A stretch of DNA of 64,000 nt from Malacoraja senta (taxonomy: Eukaryota): NCBI GenBank assembly GCA_038087875.1, contig CM075988.1:5084001-5148000 (forward strand), written 5' to 3'. Positions 52,103-64,000 of the stretch are shown here, piece by piece. Within the stretch, counting starts at the first letter, position 1; every line of letters starts with the position of its first letter. The position numbers and the translations under genes are program-made. Under the pieces are notes generated by a model. The model saw only the letters and a list, made by a program, of their open reading frames with translations, ran no database searches and was not told where the DNA came from.

Positions 52103-52498
52103 TTTGTTAGTTTAGCTTAGTTTAAAGATACAGAGCGGAAACAGGCCCTTCGGCCCACCGAATCCGTACCGACCAGCGATCCCCGCGCACTAACGCTATT
52201 CATAAGAATTTCATTGTCCTATCTGGGACACATGACAATAAAACTCTCTTGACTCTTGACACTTGACTCTTATCCCACACACACTGGGGACAATTTACAT
52301 TTATACCAAACAATTTACCCGATACACCTGTACATCTATGAAGTGTGGGAGGTAACCGAAGATCTCAGAGAAAACCAATGCAAGTCTTGGGGAGAATGTA
52401 CTGTACATACTCCGTACAGACAGCATCTGGAGTCTGGATCGAACCCGGGTCCCTGGTGCTGTAAGGCAGTAACTCTACCACTGCGCCACCATGCCGCC
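52103..52498 (-). mobile_element. HE1/V-SINE-like SINE inserted in a CR1 fragment
   Basis: CR1 (TRGHS.RIK...) continues after 52505. Confidence 0.75.
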
Positions 52499-52724
52499 CC
52501 AATCATAATCCTTACAAAGGAGATGAACAGGAATTTCTTTAGACGGTGGTGAATTTGTGGAATTAATTGCCACAGACGGCTGTGGAGGTCAAGGCATTGG
52601 GTATTTTTAAGGCAGAGATTGAAAGATTATGGATTTGTACATGTGTGAGGGGTGATGGGAAGAAGGCAGGAGAATGGGAGGGAAAGATAAATCAGCCATG
52701 AATGAATGGCGGAGTAGATTCGAT

Positions 52725-52952
52725 GCGACTACGGAGGATTTATGCCCCGACCACGGATGAACAAAGGAGGAGGACTGACTGAACTTTGTTGCCTTCCACA
52801 ACAGTGAAGAATGTTGTGGTGGATGTTTGTGTTAAATTCTATTGTGTATTGTGTAGGTTTTTTTTAAGTGTATCGCTGCTGGCAAATTCATTTCACTATA
52901 CCTTCGTTGGTTCATATGACGAATAAATTTGACTTTGACTTTGACTTTGACT
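52725..52952 (+). mobile_element. 5'-truncated copy of the GC-rich SINE-like family, (TTTGAC)n tail
   Basis: GCCCCGACCACGG..GAAC..GAGGA..GACTGA..GCCTTCC matches 63327-63380. Confidence 0.65.
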
Positions 52953-54018
52953 CTTCTGCTCCTATGACTTGTGAACTTCTTCTTGTGAGTGCTGGATGAG
53001 AAAGGGAGGTGGTTCTGAAGGCAGCTTGCTGAGTTGCTGTATTGCATCCTGTTACATGGCAGCCTTGCAGTGTTGTTGGTTGAGGAAGCAAATGGTTGAT
53101 AGGGTTGATCTTCTTGAATGTCGCAGTGAGAACCTTGAGAATGAAAGGTGAGGAAAGCAGGTCCAGAGAACAGTGAAGGTCAAGCTAAAGGGACAAAAGC
53201 AAGCTTCGGGTCGGTACGGAGCACTGATAATGAAGGAGGCCCTTCAGGAGTATACAGAGTGTCAGGGGTTTACAGAGAACATGGAACGGTACAGCACATG
53301 AACAGGCCCTTCAGCCCAAGGTGTCCATGCCAAACACGATGCCAAGAAAAACTAATCTCATCTGCCTACACATGATTCCATATTCCTCCATTCCCTTCAG
53401 ATCCATGTGCCTATCTAAAAGCCTCTTAAATGCCCCTGACATATCTGCCTGCCCCACCACCCCCTGGCAGGGTGATCCAGGCACTCACCACCTCTGTGTA
53501 AAAAACCTGCCCCGCACAACTCCCTTAGTCCCTCTCGCCTGTCTCCACGCTGTAAAACTCTATGACTCTATGTCTGAATTAATCTACACTTGAAGTTGAG
53601 ATTGATCTGAGACAGTCAATACTGAGTTGTTGGAAGGAGGTCCTGTTTGACTAGTTTAAATGAATTTCTTGAGGCGTGAGAAAATGTATTGCTGAAGGCA
53701 GTGAGGTTGATGTCAAAGGCATGAAACCAGCAAGACCTTCGACAAGGACCCACCAGCAAGACCTTCGACAAGGACCCACTTGGATGACTGATTCAAAAGG
53801 CTGGATGGAGCCCATGCAGTCCAGGGCAAGTTGGCGAATTGGATCCAAAATTGCCTTGATAATAGAAGGCAAAGAGTGATAATGGAGGCAGACACAAAAT
53901 GCAATGTGTCAGGCAGCATCCTTGGAGAAATGGAATAGGTGACGTTTCAGGTAGTGACTCTACTTCAGACTGAGAGTCAGGGGACGCAGTCATTCAGTCC
54001 CCTCCCCTGACTCTCAGT

Positions 54019-54046
54019 CTGAAGAAGGGTCTCGACCTGAAACGTC
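54019..54046 (+). ncRNA. Minimal hammerhead-ribozyme-like core in a Penelope-derived repeat (representative copy)
   Basis: CUGAAGA-A-GGGUC-UC-GACCU-GAAAC-GUC: catalytic core boxes, stem II hairpin, GUC triplet; stem I only about 2 bp. Confidence 0.5.
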
Positions 54047-54124
54047 ACCTATTCCTTTTCTCCAGAGATGTTGTCTGACCCTCTTTATGATTAGTGTAAG
54101 AATGTCAGCCTGATGTTGGGTGCA

Positions 54125-54480
54125 GCCAAATTAACTTACAAACCTGTATATCTTTGGAGTGTGGGAGAAAACCAAAGGAAACAGACGCGGTCACAGAGAG
54201 AACGTACAAACTCCGTACAGACAGCACCCATAGTCAGGATCGAACCTGGGTCTCTGGCACTGTAAGGCAGCAACTCTACCGCCGCGCCACCGTGCCACCC
54301 TTAACTGATCAACCTATAAATTAACCTATCAACCCACCCATCTTTGAGATATTGGAGAAAACCTAGATGATCACAAGGAGAACATGCAAACTCCACACAG
54401 GGAGCATCAGAGGTCAGGATTAAACCCCCGTCATCAGAGAGTGGGGGCAGCAACACTACCTGCTGCTAGTTCCGCCACTG
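54125..54480 (-). mobile_element. Two V-SINE 5' halves
   Basis: Two tRNA heads plus V-domains. Confidence 0.7.
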
Positions 54481-56664
54481 TTGCAGATGTTCAAGGGACA
54501 GAGCCCTTCCATCAGAGCTCGGGAATCTCTTTGCTATTGCTACCATTGGGATACTGTTGGGATGCATGACATCTTGAGCAGGGAACAGCTCTACCCAATT
54601 CCCTGAGAAATTGCAGAGAGTTATAATGCTGCCCAGACATAGACCAGACTTCCCACCAGTCTGGGTCGGAGTGGGAATTGGGCGGGAAGGGTCTCGGCCC
54701 AAAACATCGCCCATTCCTTCTATTCAGAGATGCTGCCTGTCCTGCTGAGTTACTCCACCATTTTTTGTCTATCTTCGGTGAAAACCAGAATCTGCAGTTC
54801 CTTCCTACACAGGTCCCGCCATTGACTCCATCTACACCACTCTGCCTGGGAAAGCAGCCAACGTAATCAAAGGTCTTTCTCACCCCAGTCATATCTTCCT
54901 CTCCCTGATCCCATCAAGCAGAAGGTACAAGAGCCTGACAGCATGCACCACCAGACTCCAGACTCACGAACAGCTTCTTCCCCTCTGCTATCGGAATTCC
55001 GAATGGTCCTTCCATAAGCTAGGGTACAGGCCCGATTTTCCAAATGACCTAATTACGGACATTGGTCTTTTACTCTGGAACTATTCTGCTACAATGCTGA
55101 GAAACTGTATTCTGCACTATTCACTCTGCCTGTTGTACTCACGTTTGAATTGATTGTATTCGTACCATATTATCTTATTTGATTGAACAGCAAGCAAACA
55201 AAGCAATACCAGTACTGCTGCTTTATAGTCAGAGAGTCATGGAGTCATGCAGCACAAAAACAGGCCCTTCAGCCCAACGCCCATGATGACCAGGACACTC
55301 CATTTACGCTAGTCCCACCTGCACGCTTTTGGACATAACCATTCCCTGTATAGAGCATAGGAACAGGCCCTTCGGCCCAACTCACCAATGCTGGCCAGGA
55401 TACCTCATCTACGCTAGCTCCACCTGCCCATGTTTGGCTCATATCCCTCTAAACCGTTCCGACCTTTTCTTCTGTAATGTTTGTCCACGTGCCCAGGAGT
55501 TTGTGAATTTTAACCGAGCAGCAGTAACAGCGAGACGGAAATGGAAGAGGGCGCATAACAAGTGGAGATCAGAGAAGAAGCCTTTCAAGGAGGGCAATGA
55601 AGGGGAGGTGAAAATTGGCAGGATCTAGACAGAGGCACACCAGAGGTAGAGACCAGCATCAGTGGGCCTGGGCAGAAATCAACAGTGAGGGAGGTTCACT
55701 TTGATATGAACAAAGCAGCAGAAACAACCTCCACAAATTAGATAGACAAAAATGTTGGAGAAACTCAGCGGGTGAGGCAGCATCTATGGAGCGAAGGAAT
55801 GGGTGACGTTTCGGTTCGAGACCCTTCTTCCACAAATTAGGTGATGAGCAGAGTAACTATGGAGAGATGAGGAGCTGAATGAAAAGAGGTCGGAAGCAGC
55901 AGCTGGGCCGAGACGTGTCACTGGTGGCAGAATGGAGGAAGACAGGGAAGATAGACACAAATTACTGGAGTAACAGCGGGACAGGCAGCATCTCTGGATG
56001 GAAGTGTTAGGTGACGTTTCGGGTCGAGACCCTTTTGAAGAATACCAATACTGCAGCTTTATAGAGTCATAGAGTCATGGAGTCATACAGCACAGAAACA
56101 GGCCCTTCGGCCCAACTTCTGACGAAGGGTCTCGACCCAAAACGTCACCCATTCCTTCTCTCCAGAGATGCTGCCTGTCCCGCTGAGTTACTCCAGCTCT
56201 TTGTGTCTTCCTTCAGTGTAGACCAGCATCTGCAATTCCTTCCTGCACAGAGAGAAAGACAGGAACAGGAAAAACACTGTGAGTCTCCCCTTAGAACGAG
56301 TCTGAGGCACCGAGAACTATGAGGAACAGCCAGAAACATGGGAACCCAACACAGTAATAAACACAATCTAAGGTCCAGGACAAACACAGGAATCGGGGTG
56401 ATGACAACTTCTCCGTTCATCAGTGGATAAAGAAAATCAGAATCATCAGAACAGAAAGTACTGAAAATAGTTCACAAACTGGCAAAAGGAAAAATATTCG
56501 AGAGTTGAACAAGAGTTATTGTTTGAAACAAGGTCTTGACCCAGAACATCACCTATCCATGTTGTGCAGAGATGCTGCCTGACCTGCTGAGTTACTGCAG
56601 AATTGTGTATCCTGCGGTGCATTAACCAGCATCTGTAGTTCTTAGTTTCTGCACTAAAAGTGTA

Positions 56665-56912
56665 GGCACTTCGATCGCTGGCTACGGGAGCTTCGATCAC
56701 CCCGACTGCAGATGGTTCGACTGCGGGAAGAAGATTAGACTTTTTTGCTTTCCATCACAGTGCGGGATGTGGGGAATCCACTGTGGTGGTTGTATATGTT
56801 AACTTTTATGTAGTTGTGTTTCTTGTTGCTTTTTTTAGCATGGCTGTATGGTAATTCGAGTTTCATTGTACCTTAATTGGTACACCTGACTAAAAACTGA
56901 CCTTTGAACCTT
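56665..56912 (+). mobile_element. 5'-truncated copy of the GC-rich SINE-like family
   Basis: Conserved TCCATCACAGTG...CACTGTGGTGG stem, T-rich tract and tail. Confidence 0.55.
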
Positions 56913-56914
56913 TA

Positions 56915-57237
56915 AAAGTTTTGATCGAAAGATGCAGCATGGAAACAGGCCCTTCGGCCCACTGAGTCCACACTGACTGTCAATCACTGATTCACACTAG
57001 TTCTATGTTATACCACTTTCTCATCCACACCCTACACACCAGAGGCAGTTTGCAGAAACCAATGAACCTACAAAACCACCACGTCTTTGGGATATGGGAG
57101 GAAACCGGAGCACCAGGAGGAAACGCACCCTGTCACATGGAGATCATGCAAACTCCACACAGACAGTACCCGTGGTCAATATCAAACCTGGGTCTCCGTC
57201 ATTGTGAGACAGCAGCTCTACCTGCTGCGCCACCGTG
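56915..57237 (-). mobile_element. V-SINE variant
   Basis: Head, V-domain and tail. Confidence 0.75.
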
Positions 57238-57724
57238 TGAAGCAACAGGAAGGATGCAAGGATGAGGAAGTGAAGATGAATTCTTTGTTAACATAAGCTG
57301 GACAGAGACTTCACTGATGGGAGGAAAGTTTTAAAAAATGTTGATGAGATGACAGGCAAGTCCAATGCCGATTGCTGGCCTTAACCTAAATTCAAGATTA
57401 GTTTGGTGCAGGGAAAATTGCAGTGAAAGTTTATCAGACAGAAGATCACATTGGAGAAGTTAAATGATGGACTCAACTGAAATCAAAAATGCATTTGGAG
57501 AAAAATGGCTGACAAGCCTTTCACTGAGAAAACAATCACTGAGTTGATAAAATATTTATTTGAAGGTGATTTACAAGGAAAACCTCTTTGATTTACTGGC
57601 AGATTCTACCATTGCAGAACTTAGCGTTGCATGAAGGCCCTTTGGCACAGGTTTGTCGACCCAACATTAAAATCAGTGCTTGGAAAAATGTGGAACTGGG
57701 TTCAATACCTGACGCATACCAGAT

Positions 57725-58170
57725 TACGATGCGATACGATACGATAGAACTTTATTTATCCCTGGAGGGAAATTGGTCTGCAAACAGTCATAACAACACA
57801 ACAAGATACATGAAACATGAAATTAATGTGATGAGTGGAAAGTCCAGGATTGGGGAGGAGGGGGGGAAGGGTAGTCAGTCTACCCCATGACAGAAGGGAG
57901 GGGGGGGGGAGCTGTACAGTTTGATAGCCGCAGGGAAAAAGATCTCCTGTGGCATTCTGTGCTGCATCTTGGTGGAACCAGACTGTTGCTGAAGGCGCTC
58001 CTCAGGTTGACCAGTGTGTCGTGGAGGGTGTGAACAGTTTGAGGAGCATCCTCCCCTCCAAGACCATCTCCAGTGAATCCAACTCCCGCCCCCAGGACGG
58101 AGCCGGCCTTCCTGAAGAGCTTGTTAATTCTGTTGGCGTCCGCAGCCTTCGCCCTGCCGCCCTACCACAC
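57725..58170 (-). mobile_element. Rex1/Babar LINE 3' end
   Basis: Reverse-complement homolog of 36960-37350 with (TATCG)n tail. Confidence 0.8.
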
Positions 58171-59054
58171 GGCAGCGAAGAAGCATCACAAAAATCCAGC
58201 ATCTGTCTGTAAAAAAAAACTGCTGGGGTGAGAGACCTCACAGAGAAGAGAGAGAAAATAAAACGCACTGAATCTATACTGAGGCCCAATTTAAGGCTAT
58301 TTTTATCCAGAACATTTCAGACTCCTACATTCTGACAAAGTTTCTTCAGTTCAACAGCCACAGACATCCTAACACTAACTGTTTTGCCAGGTTCATTCTG
58401 AAAGTGAAGATTTTAACATTCAATCTGCTTAGTTCAGGAAGCGATTGAGCAGAACTGGGTTTTAATAAAAAGCAGTGATTTAGCTTCTCGCACAAGCTTT
58501 CAGCTTTCTTTCCAAACATTACCAAGATCTATCCGTGCAGGAAGGAACTGCAGAAGCTGGTTTACACCGAAGATAGACACAAAATGCTGGAGTAACTCAA
58601 CGGGACAGGCAGCATCTCTGGAAAGATGGGAATTCCTTCTCTCGAGAGATGCTGTCTGTCCCGCTGAGTTACTCCAGCATTTTGTGTCTATCAACCGAGA
58701 TCTGGTCATTTTGTGAAGAAATATCATTGAGTCGCAGGGTCACGCAGCACAGGAACAGGCCATTCAGCTCATTGATTCTGTACAGATCACATTTTCTTTC
58801 TCCCCACATTTCTAATGACAGCCCCCTGGGGTATTGATGAGAATCAACATCCAACCCACATGTCCTTTGGACAAGTAAGGAGATCAGGGCACCCAGCGGA
58901 AATCTGTGCATTCACAGCGTGAAACATCCAAACACCAGAGAGACGACAGCATTAGAGATTCAAGATTGAACGCAGATATTTGAGGCATTGGCTCCACCCC
59001 AGATAGTAATGCAGACATCTAATGCATTTGAACAGCAGAGCTGCTTTAGATAAA

Positions 59055-59480
59055 GGTACTGCAGATGCTGATTTACACTAAAGAACACAAAGTGTTGGAG
59101 TAACTCAGCTGGTCAGGCAAACATCCCTGGAGAATATGGATAGTGACGTTTTGGGTCGGGACCCTTCTTCAGTGATTATGGAGGGGAGGGGGAAGGGGGA
59201 GGGGGAGGGGAGGGGGAGGGGAGGGGGCGACGAAAGAAAGCTGGAAGAGAGGTGAGGCAGGACAGAGCCTGGCAGGTAATAGGTGAACAAAGGCGAGGGG
59301 GTGTTTGATAGGCAGATACTTGGTCCAAGGGCAGAGATGAAAAAAACAGGTGCGAGACAAAAAGGTGTCAAGAATTGCGAATTGTGAGGCCAGAGGAGGA
59401 AATGTAGACTGAGGGAGGGGGAGGGGAAGGCGGGAGATATGGGAGGAATGGGAGGAGGGGGAGTGGGGGAGGACGGGGGG
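59055..59480 (-). mobile_element. Penelope-like 3'/pLTR remnant
   Basis: pLTR module plus purine-rich tract homologous to 1780-2190. Confidence 0.65.
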
Positions 59481-60169
59481 GAGCAGCTGGCTGGTGGCTT
59501 TGATTTCTTCAGTGTAAAGAGTGAGTGTAATCATCAATGGTGGGGTCACGTGCCACCTCGGCCGTGGGGATACAAGACAATCCACACATCAGAGAGGCAA
59601 TGAGGTTGGGTTGGATGCGGAGCCTTGCAACTCGTCCGAGAGATGCAAATGGAAGCCAAGCTTTAAAACAACTCTGGTTGCTTCTTTACCCTGAGCAGCT
59701 TGAAGGGCCTGGCTTCTGTTCATCAGTCACCCCTGGGACCATTGGGTTTCCTCTGGATGCTCCGGTTTCCTCCCACACTCCAAAGACAGATATACCGGTT
59801 AATTGACCAGTAAAATGTCCTTATTGTGTAGGATGTGCCAGCATATGGGTGAATGGTAGTTGGCGCAGACTCGGTGGGCCGAATGGCCTGTTTCTACACT
59901 GTATCTCTAATCTAAACTACTGATGGCATGAATTTCTCGCTGGGTACGCATGTGCATCAATGGAAGATTGCAACCTTCACATGGACCCCGCCCTGTTTCA
60001 ACGAATGCAATCAACCTAGCATGCACAATCAAATAAGATCAAACAGAACAAGTTGTCCTGCAACTTTAGGCTGTGCAAGAAGACGAAGACAAAGAAGTCA
60101 AATTCTTAAATATCCCTAAAAATTTCAAAATGACAGCAATTCTTCAGTAAGGGGGAGCAGGAGATATTT

Positions 60170-60484
60170 TGTTTAATTTAGTTTAGTTTAGTTTAGAGAT
60201 ACAGGGTATTAACAGGGTTTTCAGCTCACCGAATGCGTGCCGACCAGCGATCAACCCGTACACTAGTTCTATCCTGCACACTAGGGACAATTTACAGAAG
60301 CCAATTAACCTACAAAACCCACACGACTTTGGGGTGTGGAAGGAAACCGGACCACCCGGAGAAAACCCACACGGTCTCAAGGAGAATGGACAAACTCCTC
60401 ACAGCCAGCACTTGTGGTCAGGATCGGACTCAGATCTCTGGCGCAGTGAGGCATCAACTGTACCGCTGGACCACCACGCTGCCC
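60170..60484 (-). mobile_element. HE1/V-SINE-like SINE
   Basis: Head, V-domain and tail. Confidence 0.78.
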
Positions 60485-62496
60485 AGGAGTTTAATACATC
60501 ATTTGTTTCATACACCAGGAAGAACTACACTCCCCAGCCATGCATCGTTGCTGCTCGGGCATGCACGGGGATTGCTCTTCTGAGACCTTGGGCTGGTAGG
60601 TTTCAGTCCTGAAAGATTTAATTTATGGTGTTTAATTAGAATTTTATTGAAGAAGCCTAGTCAGAGAATAAACACTCAGGCATGTGTAGCCTGGGCAGGA
60701 ATTACAATCATTCTGCAGGAGCATCATAATTAGGATTGCAAGCCTGCCGGGCATTTGATTACCTACTAATTACTTTCGACCATTTATGTGACAGACATGT
60801 TGATTGCCCTTTGGATAGGTTCTAAAGGAGTTTGACTTCAAGCTGTAGATCAGCCTGGTTTTCTCCAGCTCCTCCCCACTATGGATTTTCTCTCCCCGCG
60901 TTTCGTCTGGGATCCCATGTGAACTCTAACCCTCCTTCTCATGGCAGACAGCAGGATCCTGCAGCTATTTAGAAGACAACCTTTCTTCTGAAGAAGGGTC
61001 TCGTCCCAAAACGTCATCCCATTCCTTCTCACCAGAGATGCTGCCTGCCCCACTGATTACTCCAGCTTTTTGAGTTTATCTACTGTATGTTTTCCTCGGT
61101 CCGACATCGGGATACATTGATTGCATTGCTGATCGTGAGTGCCTGCTATGTGAAGATTAACTATTAATTTCCTGCATCAGAACGAGGATTTTGTTTGAGA
61201 AAGTTGGTTGTGTGGAATGAGTTTACATCACCATATTAACGCAGGATTTCTCTTTTTATTTTAGTAATCAAGCATAGAAATAGGTATTTCGGTCCAACTC
61301 ATCCACGCCAATCAAGATGACCCATCTAAGCTAGTCCCAAAGATAGACACAAAGTGCTGGAGTAACTCAACGGGTCGGGCGGCATCTCTGGAGAAAAAAG
61401 GATGCGTGACGTCTTGGATCAGAAACCTCTTCAGACTCCCATCTAGTCCAATTTGACCGCATTTGGTCAATATCTTTCTAAACCTTTCCTATCCATGTTC
61501 CTGTCAAAGTATCTTTTTTTGTTGTATAGAGGGGGGCGGGAGATTTAATGGGAACCTGAGGGGTAACTTTCTTTACACAAAGAGTGGTGGTGTATGGAAC
61601 GAGCTGCTGGAGAAGGTAGTTGAGGCAGTTACTGTGAAGTTGTATGTAATCTATACACAGGGAGGCAAGAGTCAATGCAGCCACACATTTCATCAGGAGT
61701 GTGGGAGCAGATCTGGCAGATGGATATTACAGGTAGGGCACGATTCAGGTTCTGAGGAGCAGAGTGCTGTTAGGCAGCAAGTCCAATGATATGATATATG
61801 TGGTCATGGTCACCGAAGGCATCGTTAGGACAAGACCCAAGCATCTACTTTGCTACTCACACACTGCACAATGCATTGACTGCCATTAGCAACCCATTGT
61901 TAGCCTTCAAGTCCTGGCATCCACATAAACCATCTCTGCACTCTCTCCAGCTTAATGGCATTTCTCCTTTAGCAGGAAGTCCAAGACAGAGCGCAATCCT
62001 CCAAGTGCGGCCTTACCAAATATCAAGTCAACTGTAGCATAATGGCCCAATTCCTCCACTTTGTTGGCATCCCAACCACACCCATTCCCTTTTCTAATAT
62101 GTAGGAAGGAACTGCAGAAGCTGGTTTAAACCGAAGATAGACATAAAATGCTGTTGTTACTCAGCGGGACAGGTAGCATCTCTGGTGAGAAAGAATGGGT
62201 GACTTTTCGGGTTGAGTCTGAAGAAGGATCTCAACCCGAAACATCACCATTCCTTCTCTCTAGAGATGCTGCCTATCCAGCTGAGTTAATCCAGCATTTC
62301 GTGTCATCTTCCCCTTTCCAGCATGTACCCCAATATAAGGTGCACTGCTTTAGCCTCACAGGGCATTTCTGTCAAGCTCAATATCTCCCAATCGTGAAAC
62401 TTCCACCACCTGCAAAGACAAGGCCAGAAGGAACATGGAAACACTACTGCCTGCCGTTATCCTTCGCGTCACATTCCATCCTAATACAGCTCCTAA

Positions 62497-63990
62497 TGTG
62501 AAGGATAAATTTAATATGCCTTACCTATATGCTCGATTAAAACCTAAGCATTGAAATATTACTGCTTGACCTATGCTCTAGATTAAGAATTGAGCCATAG
62601 AGACATTACACAATTAGAATTGAGGAACTAGATGCACTTGACAAGGCTTACTTAAGTTACTTCATAATGCGAGCTGCAAGCAAAGGCTAAGTTTGAACCA
62701 ACTGAGCCGTACCGTTAGGCTACAGGAGGAAGGGGCGCCACATTGAAGGCACCTTTGCCTTCAGTCTGTCCGTTTTTTCACATCTTTTTTTAATTTTAGT
62801 TTGTCTAAACAGATTGTTTTGGGGATTCTTTAGTTTTTCTATGTGGGGGAAGGGGATAGGATAAGGGGGAAACCATTTCCCGGGACTGCGACTATTTCTC
62901 CGTGTCGTGTCCTTGCCCCCCCTCCTCGCGGTCTACCACTGGATCCTACCAGAGCTTCGGCAGCGGCGGCGTGGCGCTGGATTCACCGTGGAGCGGGCGA
63001 TACCTACCTGGATCGTCGTCTGAAGCTCCGGAGCATTGGGCCCGCTGCTCCAACATTGCGGGGCTGTGGGTTTGCGGAGCTCCCTCGCGCGGGCGGCGCT
63101 GACCGATATCCCGGAGTCCTGGGATACTTTGCCGAGGGCTGCCAGCGTGAATCTCTGCCCGGCGCGGCCTGGGGACGTCTTGAGCTGCGGACTTCGGTGG
63201 GAAGCGGCCGATTTGGAGGTCCAGCCGCTGAGGTTGGCCTCCCGTTCCGACGTCGGAGTTCCAACATCCCGGTGAGCGGGCCTGAGCGGCGGGCTGCCCG
63301 TAGCGGCGACTGTGGAGGGCTCCGGAGGCCCCGACCACGGGTGAACATCAGAGGAAGATGACTGACTTTGGAGCCTTCCCTTACAGTGGGAAACCTTTGA
63401 TTCTGCTGTGTGGGGATGTTTTATGTTGAACTCTATCGTGTGTTGTGTTCTTTATTTTAATGTATGGCTGTATGGTGATCACATTTCACTGTGCCAACTG
63501 GCACATGTTACAAATAAATGTATCTTGTATCGTGTATCTTGTAAGCATCTGTATAGTTACAATGTTAATATGGGAATTAACTGGAGAAAGGAGAAGTGCA
63601 GAAAGTGAACTTGTCTAGAAAATCGGGTAGTTAGTGCAACGTGTCTAAATATTGGGGTCGTCAGTGCTGAGTATGTGGAAAGTTGTGGCTAAGCAGTAAC
63701 TGACCTAATGGCCATCTGGCATCTGTTATTGTAATATACGATTAGCCTTACTCTTGACTGTTTGTATGATGCAATCAAACTCGTCGGCACCCTAAATTAC
63801 TTCTCGTTTTTTGTAGGTATAAAAATGCAGCTCGCCCTCTCCATCATTGAGTGGGTCTTAGAGCGACAAGCACTATGTAACCATACTGACTGTGTCTCCC
63901 CTACTCCCGGTTTCCGTAATAAAGAGTGATTTGTTTGACTGAAATTGTTTGATGTACTCTGTTGTCTTCTAACGAAACTTTTACACTTCA
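62497..63990 (+). mobile_element. Probable solo LTR interrupted by a SINE-like element
   Basis: TG...CA ends (TGAAG at 62499 / CTTCA at 63990), TATAAAA at 63818, AATAAA at 63918 then GT-rich tract; TSD not convincing. Confidence 0.5.
62731..63543 (+). mobile_element. Apparently full-length GC-rich non-autonomous retroelement (SINE-like)
   Basis: AGGGGCGC start, T-rich then TAAGGGGGAAACC block, CpG-rich body, AATAAA and (TGTATCT)n-like tail. Confidence 0.65.
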
Positions 63991-64000
63991 ACTTTGCCAT

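Noticed and set aside
53729..53779. 26-bp direct tandem duplication
   Set aside because: Ordinary slippage duplication within a degraded CR1 fragment
62843..63361. 172-aa ORF / CpG-island-like region (also 49448-50090)
   Set aside because: GC-rich body of a repeated non-autonomous element; no recognisable domain
63797..64000. 67-aa ORF at the window edge
   Set aside because: No recognisable protein; better explained as the antisense of LTR R/U5

Overview
Eukaryotic, repeat-saturated, apparently non-coding (intergenic or large-intron) DNA. The repeats point to a cartilaginous fish, probably a skate or ray. They include about 20 HE1/V-SINE-like tRNA-derived SINEs, many CR1 LINE 3' fragments, Rex1/Babar LINE fragments, and Penelope-like elements (GIY-YIG) with dozens of short pseudo-LTR-derived repeats. 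There are also six PIF/Harbinger-type MITEs with TWA target duplications, a foldback DNA element with an 8-bp TSD, a probable solo LTR, a Vingi-like LINE end and ancient Deu-domain SINE relics. No host protein-coding gene can be supported: all long ORFs are transposon remnants or simple-repeat translations, and only a few weak exon candidates remain. The most interesting signals are (i) hammerhead-ribozyme-like cores in the Penelope-derived repeats, (ii) a GC-rich non-autonomous retroelement family with a conserved stem-loop and interchangeable 3' tails, (iii) a ~640-bp local inverted duplication of largely unique DNA, and (iv) a MITE family sharing TIRs and a central mini-palindrome but with different interiors. 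Family names come from recalled consensus features, not database searches. Repeat boundaries are approximate unless TSDs are given.
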